A stretch of 64,000 nt of DNA from Oligoflexales bacterium. GTDB lineage: Bacteria; Bdellovibrionota_B; Oligoflexia; Oligoflexales; Bog-1112. Where the stretch lies: contig JAGNWK010000004.1 in NCBI GenBank assembly GCA_017985985.1, positions 2,320 to 66,319 on the forward strand, written 5' to 3'. The translations under genes were made by a program, and so were the position numbers. Positions 18,130 to 26,430 of the stretch are shown one piece after another; position 1 is the stretch's first letter; each line of letters begins with the position of its first letter. The notes under the pieces were generated by a model. That model did not search any database. It saw nothing but the letters and a program-made list of their open reading frames with translations, and was not told where the DNA came from.

Positions 18130-20251
18130 GTCTTTGCATGACAAGGTGGAGAATTCTGTCCGAATAAATGATGAAGATGCCCTCTTTCTCTTTCAAACAA
18201 AGAACCTCTTTGCTCTGGCAAAGTTGGCTCAGATTGTGAATAAAAGGAAAAATCGTGGGGTCGTCTTCTATAATATCAACCAACATCTCAACCCTACCAA
18301 TATCTGCGTGATGACCTGCAAATTTTGCAGTTTTGCGAGAAAAATAGGGGAAGAAGGTGGCTATGCCTACAGCTTAGAAGAGGTTCTGGTCAAAGCTACG
18401 AAAGCGGTGGATATGGGGGCGACCGAGCTCCATATGGTGGGTGGTCTTCACCCCCGTTGGAATTTCGACTACCACCTTGCTATGATCAGTTCTATCAAAA
18501 AAGCTCATCCAACCTTGCACATCAAGGCGTTCACTGCTGTTGAAATCGACTGGCTAGCTCGAAAATCTCGGCTTTCTTACAAAGAGATTCTCAAGCGTCT
18601 AAAAGAAGTTGGGCTAGGTTCTTTACCAGGTGGAGGAGCTGAAATATTTCACCCCGAAATTCGGGAGAAAATCACAGCTAAACTGTCGACAGAAGATTGG
18701 CTTCTTATTCACCAAACAGCTCATGAACTCGATCTTCGTTCTAACTGTACGATGCTCTATGGGCACATAGAATCTTATGAACACCGGATCGATCACATGC
18801 GTCATCTGCGAACGCTTCAGGATAAAACAGGAGGTTTTAACTGCTTTATCCCTCTGGCTTTTCAGCCTCATCACAATGAAATGGGGATCAGACGTTATAC
18901 CTATGGAACAGAGGACTTAAAAACTCTTGCTCTTGCTCGGCTCTATCTTGATAATTTTTCTCACATCAAGTCCTACTGGGTGATGATGGGGCAAGATATT
19001 GCACAGATGGGTCTTTGTTTTGGTGCGAATGACATGGACGGAACTGTTCATGAAGAAAAAATATCCCACATGGCTGGTGGTCGAGCCGGTGTAGGTATGC
19101 TCAAAAGCAGTATCAAAGAGCTGATTCGCAGATCCAACCATGGGGTTCAGGAGCGGGATACGCTTTACAATCCAAGAGGTCTTGTAGAAGAACCTCATCT
19201 CAAAAATCTTTTGGGCGATCTTGAACGCAGAGCTCTTGTCGAGAAAGCCCTAGACGGGTGTATCACCCTAGAGGAACTCACGCAGCTGGCGCTGAGAGCT
19301 GATCTTTTTTCTCTTCACTCTGATGTGAGAGCCTTGCAAGCGGATCTTGGCCGAGAGTCAGAGAGCTGTTCTTTCTGTCTTGTTCATAAAGTGGAGTGGG
19401 AGAAACCGCAGGATCTTTATACCGAGGTTGAGAAACTGCAGTTGGCAAAAGACCATGCTCATCTGAGTTCTTACCCGTGTCTTGTCGATCTTTCCCGACT
19501 GAGGGAGAACCATTATGGCAGTTGGCATCAGCTGCTTGAAAATATCGAACGTGTTAAGCAGGTCTTTCCATCGCAGACGCTTCTTCTTGCTGGTTTGTGT
19601 CGCCTGTGGGAAATGGCTCAAAAGAGTGAAGGTTCTTTGGCAGACGCCATGGCAAAACTCGCTAAGCTCGGAGTGAGAGTTCTCGAGAGTTCCTATGACG
19701 ATGAAGAAGCGACTCTGACCCACAGAGAAATCACGGAGCTGCATGCGCTGGCCCATGCTTCTGGTATCAAGACCGCAGCTAAAATTGAGTTCTCTTGCCC
19801 TCTGCATCAGGGAGGTGGAACCCCTCTTTGGGAGCCCTTCCTGCAAAGAGTTCTATCTTTTAGAGATCTGCAACAGAAGACAGATGGTTTTTTAAGTCTC
19901 ATCGTCGGTGTAGGCAAAGATAGTTATGTAACCTGCTATGAATATTTGAAAGCGGTGTTGCTAACAAGGATCGCTTGCCCGCAGACTCCGCACATCACAG
20001 CCCCTTTTGTGGGTTTACCTACAACTCATCCCCAAGTGGGCAGGCTTCCACACCAGCCGCTTTTCTACGGGCAAGAGAAGATCGCTCCTCTGACCTTGCT
20101 TGTTGGGGCTGATGATCTTGGTAACGTGCCCTGTAAGCAGCTCGATCTCGCCGACTTCTGCGACGAAATTCGATCTGTTGGCAAGACGCCGATCATTCGC
20201 TGGGATGGTTTTACTTCAAAAGCTACTGAATCGAGACGGGGTTTGCTATGA
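18116..20251 (+). CDS. MqnE/MqnC-family radical SAM enzyme (futalosine menaquinone pathway) fused to a degenerate second copy of the same fold
   Basis: The N-terminal half has the CVMTCKFC cluster motif, GGLHP, LPGGGAEIF, and TMLYGHIE..LQDKTGGFNCFIPLAF. The C-terminal roughly 340 aa align to it by eye but carry ESESCSFC in place of CxxxCxxC. The ATG at 18116 is preceded by GGGAG and overlaps the mvk end by 14 nt. Confidence 0.8.
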   Translation: MPSFESLHDKVENSVRINDEDALFLFQTKNLFALAKLAQIVNKRKNRGVVFYNINQHLNPTNICVMTCKFCSFARKIGEEGGYAYSLEEVLVKATKAVDMGATELHMVGGLHPRWNFDYHLAMISSIKKAHPTLHIKAFTAVEIDWLARKSRLSYKEILKRLKEVGLGSLPGGGAEIFHPEIREKITAKLSTEDWLLIHQTAHELDLRSNCTMLYGHIESYEHRIDHMRHLRTLQDKTGGFNCFIPLAFQPHHNEMGIRRYTYGTEDLKTLALARLYLDNFSHIKSYWVMMGQDIAQMGLCFGANDMDGTVHEEKISHMAGGRAGVGMLKSSIKELIRRSNHGVQERDTLYNPRGLVEEPHLKNLLGDLERRALVEKALDGCITLEELTQLALRADLFSLHSDVRALQADLGRESESCSFCLVHKVEWEKPQDLYTEVEKLQLAKDHAHLSSYPCLVDLSRLRENHYGSWHQLLENIERVKQVFPSQTLLLAGLCRLWEMAQKSEGSLADAMAKLAKLGVRVLESSYDDEEATLTHREITELHALAHASGIKTAAKIEFSCPLHQGGGTPLWEPFLQRVLSFRDLQQKTDGFLSLIVGVGKDSYVTCYEYLKAVLLTRIACPQTPHITAPFVGLPTTHPQVGRLPHQPLFYGQEKIAPLTLLVGADDLGNVPCKQLDLADFCDEIRSVGKTPIIRWDGFTSKATESRRGLL

Positions 20252-20505
20252 GCGAAGGCAAAGAGATCCAATTGGGGGCGAGAGTGCAGTCTCAGGGTCC
20301 GAGTCTCGACCAGGTGCAAGATCCTGCAACTATTGAGACTGGGTTTGCTCAGAAAATCCAGCCAAAGGAAAAGAAATCTTTTTCTTTCGTCAGTCTTTTC
20401 CTTGTTGCATGTATAGGACTCACAGTTGGCGTGGCCCTGGCTATGATGCTGCTATGGGGCCTCCTCGATCCTTTATCTTACCTCTTACCTGGAAGGCACA
20501 AGTAA
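20248..20505 (+). CDS. Small membrane protein, hypothetical
   Basis: 85 aa with one clear TM helix. The ATG overlaps the preceding stop (ATGA-type coupling). Confidence 0.4.
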   Translation: MSEGKEIQLGARVQSQGPSLDQVQDPATIETGFAQKIQPKEKKSFSFVSLFLVACIGLTVGVALAMMLLWGLLDPLSYLLPGRHK

Positions 20506-20510
20506 GGCCT

Positions 20511-21131
20511 ATGAATTTGATTATTGAACTTCTTGCTAGGTTAACCCCTTATGGGACCCAGGCTTATTTCATCATGTTTTCTATCCTTGTCATATGCGGG
20601 TTCGGTCTTCCCATGCCAGAAGATGTGGTGTTGATCACAGGTGGAATTTTGTCAGCGCGGCACGTTACAGAGTTTTGGCCCACGATTTTTGTGACTCTAG
20701 CTGGGGTTTTGCTCGGGGATGGTGTTGTCTTCACGATCGGTAAAAGAATTGGTCCCAAGATTAAGCAAACTCGGGGTTTTCAGTGGATTGTGCAGGAAGA
20801 ACGCGAGAAGAAGATCATGTCCTGGTTTAATCGTTACGGGGACAAAGTCATTTTCTTTGCAAGATTTGCCCCAGGATTACGGATGCCTCTTTTCCTAACG
20901 GCCGGTGCCTACCAAGTTCCAACCTGGAAGTTCTTTATGCTCGATGGGCTTGCCGCCCTGATCTCTGTACCAGTTTGGGTCTGGGTTGGTCATTTCTTTG
21001 GCTCGAACTTAGAGCTGCTTGAAGAGAAGATGAAGCACATTCAGATGGGTCTTTACGGTGTCCTTGGTGGCGTCGTCGGCCTTGGGCTACTTATTTGGTT
21101 TCTCCGGCAAAAAAAGCGTTGGAGCAACTAG
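20511..21131 (+). CDS. DedA-family membrane protein
   Basis: Shows the FGLPMPEDVVLITGG and FFARFAPGLR pattern typical of DedA/SNARE-associated proteins. I took the ATG at 20511 (MNLIIELL...); the ORF is open from 20409. Confidence 0.8.
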   Translation: MNLIIELLARLTPYGTQAYFIMFSILVICGFGLPMPEDVVLITGGILSARHVTEFWPTIFVTLAGVLLGDGVVFTIGKRIGPKIKQTRGFQWIVQEEREKKIMSWFNRYGDKVIFFARFAPGLRMPLFLTAGAYQVPTWKFFMLDGLAALISVPVWVWVGHFFGSNLELLEEKMKHIQMGLYGVLGGVVGLGLLIWFLRQKKRWSN

Positions 21132-21324
21132 TCATAGCAGAACTCGTCATTGCGTCATCGCAGGACACGTCATTAACCTGGAAACACCATCGAACAGTGT
21201 TCTGAAAGTCGACGACTTAAATTGTTGGTCACCCCAATATAAATGAGTGAATTGTGGTTGGACGCCAATATGTAAATGTAAGCCCCTTTTTGCATGATGT
21301 GCTCAATACCATTATCTTTCTCGT

Positions 21325-21470
21325 TAGAACACGGGCAGATCGATACCTCTCGACTCGCTACACTCGCTCGAGGTGACGGGTTCGTTTCCGTTCGATATAG
21401 AACACGGGTAGATCGATACCTCTCGACTCGCTACACTCGCTCGAGGTGACGGGTTCGTTTCCGTTCGATA
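21325..21470. repeat. Family D repeat D1: two tandem 73-bp units
   Basis: The unit is TAGAACACGGG(C/T)AGATCGATACCTCTCGACTCGCTACACTCGCTCGAGGTGACGGGTTCGTTTCCGTTCGATA, at 21325..21397 and 21398..21470. They differ at one visible position. Confidence 0.85.
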
Positions 21471-21625
21471 TAATTTTCTTAAGAAGGGCAGAGTAGTTAA
21501 TGCACAATATATCGGGAAGTGAATTCTCAAATTTTTCCATCGCGATAGGCTGGTGATGAAACAAAAAGTCGAGCCCCAAAGGGGCGAGATCATTGTTAGA
21601 GAGAAGAGTACTTATACAGGTTGGC

Positions 21626-21661
21626 TCGGGTGACTTCATGTCGGTCGGGTGACTTCATGTC
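21626..21661. repeat. Direct repeat, 2 x TCGGGTGACTTCATGTC (19-bp period)
   Basis: Copies lie at 21626..21642 and 21645..21661. The reverse complement (GAAGTCACCCGA) resembles the core of the 26-bp array at 37611..37737. The second copy overlaps the stop codon of the MBL hydrolase gene. Confidence 0.7.
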
Positions 21662-22697
21662 AATTTTTAAGATACATCCGAGTTTGTCCCGTTTTCAAAG
21701 CTTGAAAGATATCCTCAGCAATCCCGTGTTGTTTCAAGCTTTCGGCTAAGGCAAGACGGGGATCGCCAATAGCCTCATCCGTGAGTTGGAATGTTTCAAA
21801 GTGCGACGCTAGGCTGTGATGGGATTTGAGATCTAAGTGAGCAAGTACGGCATCCTCCGGGTTCATATGATGACCCTTCATAAACCATCTGGGTTCGTAG
21901 GCGCCGATGGGTAAAATGCTGAGATCGATCTCGGGGAATGCTTTTTGAATTTTCTTAAAGAAGGGGCCATGCCCAGTGTCCCCTTGGAAGTGTACCTTCC
22001 AAGTATTCTGAGAAATGATAAAGCCTCCCCATAGGGCATGAGAACGATCAAAAATACCCCGAGCGGACCAGTGTTGACTAGGTACGAGTGTAATGCTTGC
22101 ACCTCTAGCCAAGGGAGCGTTCTGCCACCAGTCCAGTTCTAAGATCTTCAAGTCTCCCTCTGTTCGAAGGAGCTCGACATTGCCCAATGGTACGATAAAT
22201 TCAGGGTTAAATTTTTCAAACAGTCGTTTGATCGTTGGGAGATCTAGGTGGTCGTAATGATTGTGACTGATAAAAACGTAGTCTATCCTTGGTAGTTTAT
22301 CGAACTCGATCCCCGGTTTTCGAGCCCGTTTTGGTCCGGCCCAAGAGATCGGGCTTGCCCGCTCTGAGTAGATAGGATCGGTCAAGATATTGAGCCCAGA
22401 CATCTGGATCAGAAAACTAGCGTGATTGACATAGGTGACATAAAGCTTAGTCGGATCGACTTCCCCAGAGGGGAGTTCTGGTTCAGCTTCATTTGTGACT
22501 TCTGTTGGCCAAGTTTTTTTGCCTCCTTGCCACCACCATTTAAAAAGATCAGACAGCCCCCGTTCTTCTATGGGACTGTCGTTATAAAAACGTTTGCCGT
22601 CGTAGCGTTCGGATAGCGGATAAGTCTTTTTTTTCATACAAGCCCAGTTTGAAAAAAGAAGAAAAACAAAAAAAAATTTATGTATCGTCAAATTCAA
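21660..22697 (-). CDS. MBL-fold metallo-hydrolase (COG2220 / NAPE-PLD-like), lipoprotein-like N-terminus
   Basis: Has ISHNHYDHLD (HxHxDH) and the flanking YVNHASFLIQ...LTDP pattern. The TTG start has AAGGAG 7 nt upstream and gives a signal-like N-terminus (FVFLLFSNWAC). Confidence 0.8.
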   Translation of the reverse strand: MNLTIHKFFFVFLLFSNWACMKKKTYPLSERYDGKRFYNDSPIEERGLSDLFKWWWQGGKKTWPTEVTNEAEPELPSGEVDPTKLYVTYVNHASFLIQMSGLNILTDPIYSERASPISWAGPKRARKPGIEFDKLPRIDYVFISHNHYDHLDLPTIKRLFEKFNPEFIVPLGNVELLRTEGDLKILELDWWQNAPLARGASITLVPSQHWSARGIFDRSHALWGGFIISQNTWKVHFQGDTGHGPFFKKIQKAFPEIDLSILPIGAYEPRWFMKGHHMNPEDAVLAHLDLKSHHSLASHFETFQLTDEAIGDPRLALAESLKQHGIAEDIFQALKTGQTRMYLKN

Positions 22698-22724
22698 TCC
22701 AAGCTCCTTTACAAGCTTTTTCGT

Positions 22725-22765
22725 GGAGGAACCAGCTGTGTAGTTTTCCCTAAGCTACTCCCTCC
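22725..22765. repeat. Family B REP-like element, copy B3
   Basis: GGAGGAACCAGCTGTGTAGTTTTCCCTAAGCTACTCCCTCC. Confidence 0.65.
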
Positions 22766-22772
22766 TAGTCTC

Positions 22773-23888
22773 CTATAAATCTGGCTTATAAATTTTCGAT
22801 TCAAGGTAGTGTGGTTCAGAAATGGTCCAAAGTGTTTTCAGCACAGCAAGCAGTGGAATGGCAAGAAGAACACCCCAGAAGCCCAGGAGACTGCCAAAAG
22901 CGATCACAGAAATAATCACTACGAACGGGTGTAGACCCACACGTTCCCCTAGAATTTTAGGTGTAATAAACATTCCATCGATGGCTTGAACGGCTAAGAA
23001 AACACCGAGAACAAAGAGGAGTTGAGCAAATCCTTGAAAATCGGAGGACAGAGATAGTAGGCTCAGTGGGATGCCTACTAAAAGATCGAGATAAGGAATA
23101 AGGCGACAGGGTCCAGCAATAAGCGCAATTGTAGTGGCAGCTGGAATACCCGCAAGATTAAGTCCAATGGTGTAGAGAACAGTCAATGTGAGGGCAATGA
23201 GGATCTGTCCTTGGATAATAGATCGTAAAGCTTTGTCCAATCGATCAGCCACCACAAAGAAACCAGGTCTTAGTCCTGGAGGGGTCAAAAGCAAAGCACG
23301 GGCACGGATATTCTCCCAGTCCTTCACAAAGAAAAAAGTAAAGAAAGGAATAAGAATCAGATTGAGTGCGCTGCTAAACAGACGGGGAGCTGTTCGCCAG
23401 ACAGTGCTTAAAGCCTGCTCGATCCGCTCGGAAAGATGGAGCATTCCCTTCGCTTCTGAGAGGAAGAAATCTAATTTGTTTTCGTCAAAAAGATGGAAGG
23501 ATACAAATGTTTTTCTGGCTTCAGGCAGCCAAATGGTCGTGAGACGGTCAAAAGCATCGGGAGCATTTTGGATCAATCTTAGGATTTCCGAGTAGAGGTA
23601 GGGAAGAAGATTGAGGAAGGCAAGTAGAAAGATCACAAAGGAAACCAAAATAAAAACGGAGATACTGACACCTCTTGGAATCTTATACCCCTCCAGTTTG
23701 CGGACAGGGGGCAAAAGCATGTACGTGAAAAAAAGACTGATGAGAAGAGGAGTCAGGAGGATGCTGTAGACAAAGAGAAAGGAAATCAAAGCCAGGCAGA
23801 GTAAAAGAGTGAAGAGGATAAGTTGCCGAGTTCTTTTCTTTAAGATTTCGGGTTTAGCTTGCGGATGATGGTGTTCAAGTTCTTCCAT
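22773..23888 (-). CDS. AI-2E family transporter (PerM/YhhT-like, UPF0118)
   Basis: 371 aa with about 8 TM helices in the typical AI-2E arrangement. The start lies 4 nt after the rsmI stop. Confidence 0.75.
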   Translation of the reverse strand: MEELEHHHPQAKPEILKKRTRQLILFTLLLCLALISFLFVYSILLTPLLISLFFTYMLLPPVRKLEGYKIPRGVSISVFILVSFVIFLLAFLNLLPYLYSEILRLIQNAPDAFDRLTTIWLPEARKTFVSFHLFDENKLDFFLSEAKGMLHLSERIEQALSTVWRTAPRLFSSALNLILIPFFTFFFVKDWENIRARALLLTPPGLRPGFFVVADRLDKALRSIIQGQILIALTLTVLYTIGLNLAGIPAATTIALIAGPCRLIPYLDLLVGIPLSLLSLSSDFQGFAQLLFVLGVFLAVQAIDGMFITPKILGERVGLHPFVVIISVIAFGSLLGFWGVLLAIPLLAVLKTLWTISEPHYLESKIYKPDL

Positions 23889-23892
23889 GAGT

Positions 23893-24690
23893 CTATTCTA
23901 CAGGATCAAGAATCAATACAAAATTTAGTTTATGGATCTCTTCAGCCTTTTTTCGAAGAGAAGATAAACTGCCCCAAAAATAGCTTTCCTGTTCACCGCT
24001 TATATCTAAGGCCAGAAAGCCCCGGTAGCGGTGCTGCAAAACTTGCTCACAGCTCGTGACAAGATCCAAAAGCCTGTAAGGTGTGTCCAGCAGTATCAAA
24101 GGAACCCTCATCGCCGCCAGCTTCTTCAGTTTTTTTTCTCGCTCGCTAGGAGTTCTTGGTAAAAATCCAGCATAGAAAAACTCTTTCAAGTCGAAGGGAC
24201 AGGATGAGAGGGCCGCGGTAATTGCTGAGGGGCCCGGGATACTGAGCACCCGAGCTCCGAGTTTATAGGCCAAAGAGAGCAAAGGTCTGCCTGGATCTGC
24301 TAGGCATGGGCTTCCTTGATCACTCATATATACGGCCGTCTGGCCTTTTTTTAGAGCCTCAGAGAGGGCTTGAAGAGTTTCCTCTTGCCCATGTTCGTTG
24401 AATTTAAGATAAGATCTCCTGAGTTTCGCCTTTTTTAAAACTTGGCGAGCCGGTCTGTCCTCTTCAAAAATGAGAAGTTCAGAGCTATGGAGGCTGGCGA
24501 GTGCTCGTGTGGGGATATCTTCCTCCAAACCGAGACTGTTAGCAGCCATAATCAGAGTTCCATCAACCTTTTGCTCTTTGCTGGTTTTTTTCATAAAATC
24601 AAGGTTTTCTATGAAGGCTGCGTACGTAGATGACGTAGACAGAGTGTTTCTATGAGAGTTCTCAAAAAGGTCTTGCCTGTTAGGTGCCAA
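23893..24690 (-). CDS. rsmI: 16S rRNA (cytidine1402-2'-O)-methyltransferase RsmI-like (tetrapyrrole-methylase fold)
   Basis: Has EEDIPTRALASL, SDQGSPCLADPG and IPGPSAITAAL. The start is uncertain: TTG at 24690 or ATG at 24594 (MKKTSKEQ...). Confidence 0.75.
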   Translation of the reverse strand: MAPNRQDLFENSHRNTLSTSSTYAAFIENLDFMKKTSKEQKVDGTLIMAANSLGLEEDIPTRALASLHSSELLIFEEDRPARQVLKKAKLRRSYLKFNEHGQEETLQALSEALKKGQTAVYMSDQGSPCLADPGRPLLSLAYKLGARVLSIPGPSAITAALSSCPFDLKEFFYAGFLPRTPSEREKKLKKLAAMRVPLILLDTPYRLLDLVTSCEQVLQHRYRGFLALDISGEQESYFWGSLSSLRKKAEEIHKLNFVLILDPVE

Positions 24691-24809
24691 GGAGCAAACA
24701 TTGAAGTTTGTAGGCTCCCCATAAGCAGCTTAGCTAGCTGTAAGCAGCAAAACATGATGCTTTTGAGAGCTGGCATTCCATTAACTTCAATCACCCCACG
24801 GACTGAGGC

Positions 24810-25565
24810 ATGATCAGTGCTGCCGAAGCAGACATTTCTATCATAAAGGCTGGGATCATCCCAAGACATGTTGCTATCATCATGGATGGAAATGGTCGCT
24901 GGGCTAAAATGCGCCTCCAACCTCGAATTTTTGGACACCGCAAGGGAGTGGAGAGCGTAAGGAAAGCAGTCGAAGTTGCCGCGGAGATCGGAGTTAAAGT
25001 CCTCACTCTCTATGCTTTCAGCGAGGAAAACTGGGGTAGACCCCAGGAGGAAGTCTCCGCTATCATGTCTCTTCTCGATACATATATCGTGAAGGAGAGA
25101 GAAAATCTCAAAAAAAACCATATTCGTATCAAAGTCATCGGTTGTCTCGACAAATTGTCAGAAAAAAGCAGATCCCTCATTCAAGAGGCAGATGACTTTC
25201 TCAAGGATGAGTCCAAGATGCTTCTTAACGTAGCCCTGAGCTACGGTAGTCGTACTGAAATTGCGTTGGCCTGTCAGGCCATTGCGCAAAAGGTCCAGGA
25301 TGGGAGATTGTCTCCGATGGATATTAGCCCCGAGCTTATTTCGGAACATCTATTTACGGCTAACCTTCCAGATCCTGATCTCATGATACGTACAAGTGGG
25401 GAGCAGCGAGTTTCCAATTTTCTGCTTTGGCAAATTGCCTATACAGAACTTTGGTTCACGCCCGTACTCTGGCCAGATTTCAAAAAAGAACATTTTCTGG
25501 AAGGGGTGCTCTCTTTTCAAAAACGCAAGCGACGTTTTGGATTGGTGGAACATGCTCAAACATAG
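24810..25565 (+). CDS. uppS: Undecaprenyl-diphosphate synthase (cis-isoprenyl transferase)
   Basis: Has PRHVAIIMDGNGRWA, YAFSEENWGRP and RTSGEQRVSNFLLWQIAYTE. Confidence 0.92.
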   Translation: MISAAEADISIIKAGIIPRHVAIIMDGNGRWAKMRLQPRIFGHRKGVESVRKAVEVAAEIGVKVLTLYAFSEENWGRPQEEVSAIMSLLDTYIVKERENLKKNHIRIKVIGCLDKLSEKSRSLIQEADDFLKDESKMLLNVALSYGSRTEIALACQAIAQKVQDGRLSPMDISPELISEHLFTANLPDPDLMIRTSGEQRVSNFLLWQIAYTELWFTPVLWPDFKKEHFLEGVLSFQKRKRRFGLVEHAQT

Positions 25566-26430
25566 AGTTCTGACAGCTGTCGTTGGCCTTCCCCTCGTTC
25601 TTGCCCTGCTCACTCAAGCCCCTATGGATTGGATCCAATGCTTCTTCCTTCTTCTCTCCATGCTCTGTGTTTGGGAAATAAGTCGATTTTTTATGCCAGC
25701 TCTCGTGCGGCGTCTAGCCTCTAAGAAAGGCCCTTCGAGCCCATTTTATCAGGGGCAAGAGAGTCTTTCTGTTCTCTGGACTTTGGGTCTGTGTCTGCTC
25801 AATGCGTTGCTTCTGGGTACCTTTATGTTGGCTAGAGCAGATTTGGGGGCGGCACTTTCTTTCTGCTTTGCTCTTATCTTCATCGCTGGTGTCTTTGTGG
25901 CCAGGAATAACATCGAGAGGGGCATTGCCATAAGCTCTGGACTCCTTATGAGCCTTTGCTATAGCAGTATTCCGTGGCTAGCTCTTATCGAAATTCAAGA
26001 GCAGAAGACGGATATTCATTCAGGTTATATTCTCGTTCTTCTCGCCATCGTCATGGGGAACGACACCGGGGCCTATTTTGCTGGAACCCTCTTCGGGCGC
26101 AGAAAACTTGCGCCTGAACTTTCCCCAAAGAAGAGCTGGGAAGGTTTTTTTGGGGGGCTCGTTTTTGGTATTCTTCTAGCTCTCCTTGTGGCTCGGGTAA
26201 TCAACCTTCCTGACACCTGGCTTATGATTCTGGCGCTTTCCCTCATAGGAACTCTGGCAGGAACCCTAGGAGATCTGATAGAATCGGCCCTCAAACGTTT
26301 TGCTGAGATCAAAGACTCGGGGGCCTTGTTCCCTGGGCATGGTGGCATGCTAGATCGAGCGGATTCTATTCTCATTGCAGCCCCTTTATTTTTGGTCGTT
26401 CTCAAATTAGGGAGGACCTTATACCCTTGA
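25552..26430 (+). CDS. cdsA: Phosphatidate cytidylyltransferase
   Basis: Polytopic membrane protein with SPKKSWEG...GDL.ES..KR and PGHGG.LDR at the C-terminus. The ATG at 25552 overlaps the uppS end by 14 nt. Confidence 0.88.
   Translation: MLKHRVLTAVVGLPLVLALLTQAPMDWIQCFFLLLSMLCVWEISRFFMPALVRRLASKKGPSSPFYQGQESLSVLWTLGLCLLNALLLGTFMLARADLGAALSFCFALIFIAGVFVARNNIERGIAISSGLLMSLCYSSIPWLALIEIQEQKTDIHSGYILVLLAIVMGNDTGAYFAGTLFGRRKLAPELSPKKSWEGFFGGLVFGILLALLVARVINLPDTWLMILALSLIGTLAGTLGDLIESALKRFAEIKDSGALFPGHGGMLDRADSILIAAPLFLVVLKLGRTLYP

Noticed and set aside
21324-21639. Minus-strand ORFs of 89 and 93 aa in the dedA / MBL-hydrolase gap
   Set aside because: They read straight through the 2 x 73-bp tandem repeat, so the peptide segment is duplicated. 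They have no RBS or recognisable family and are most likely artefacts of repeat DNA.
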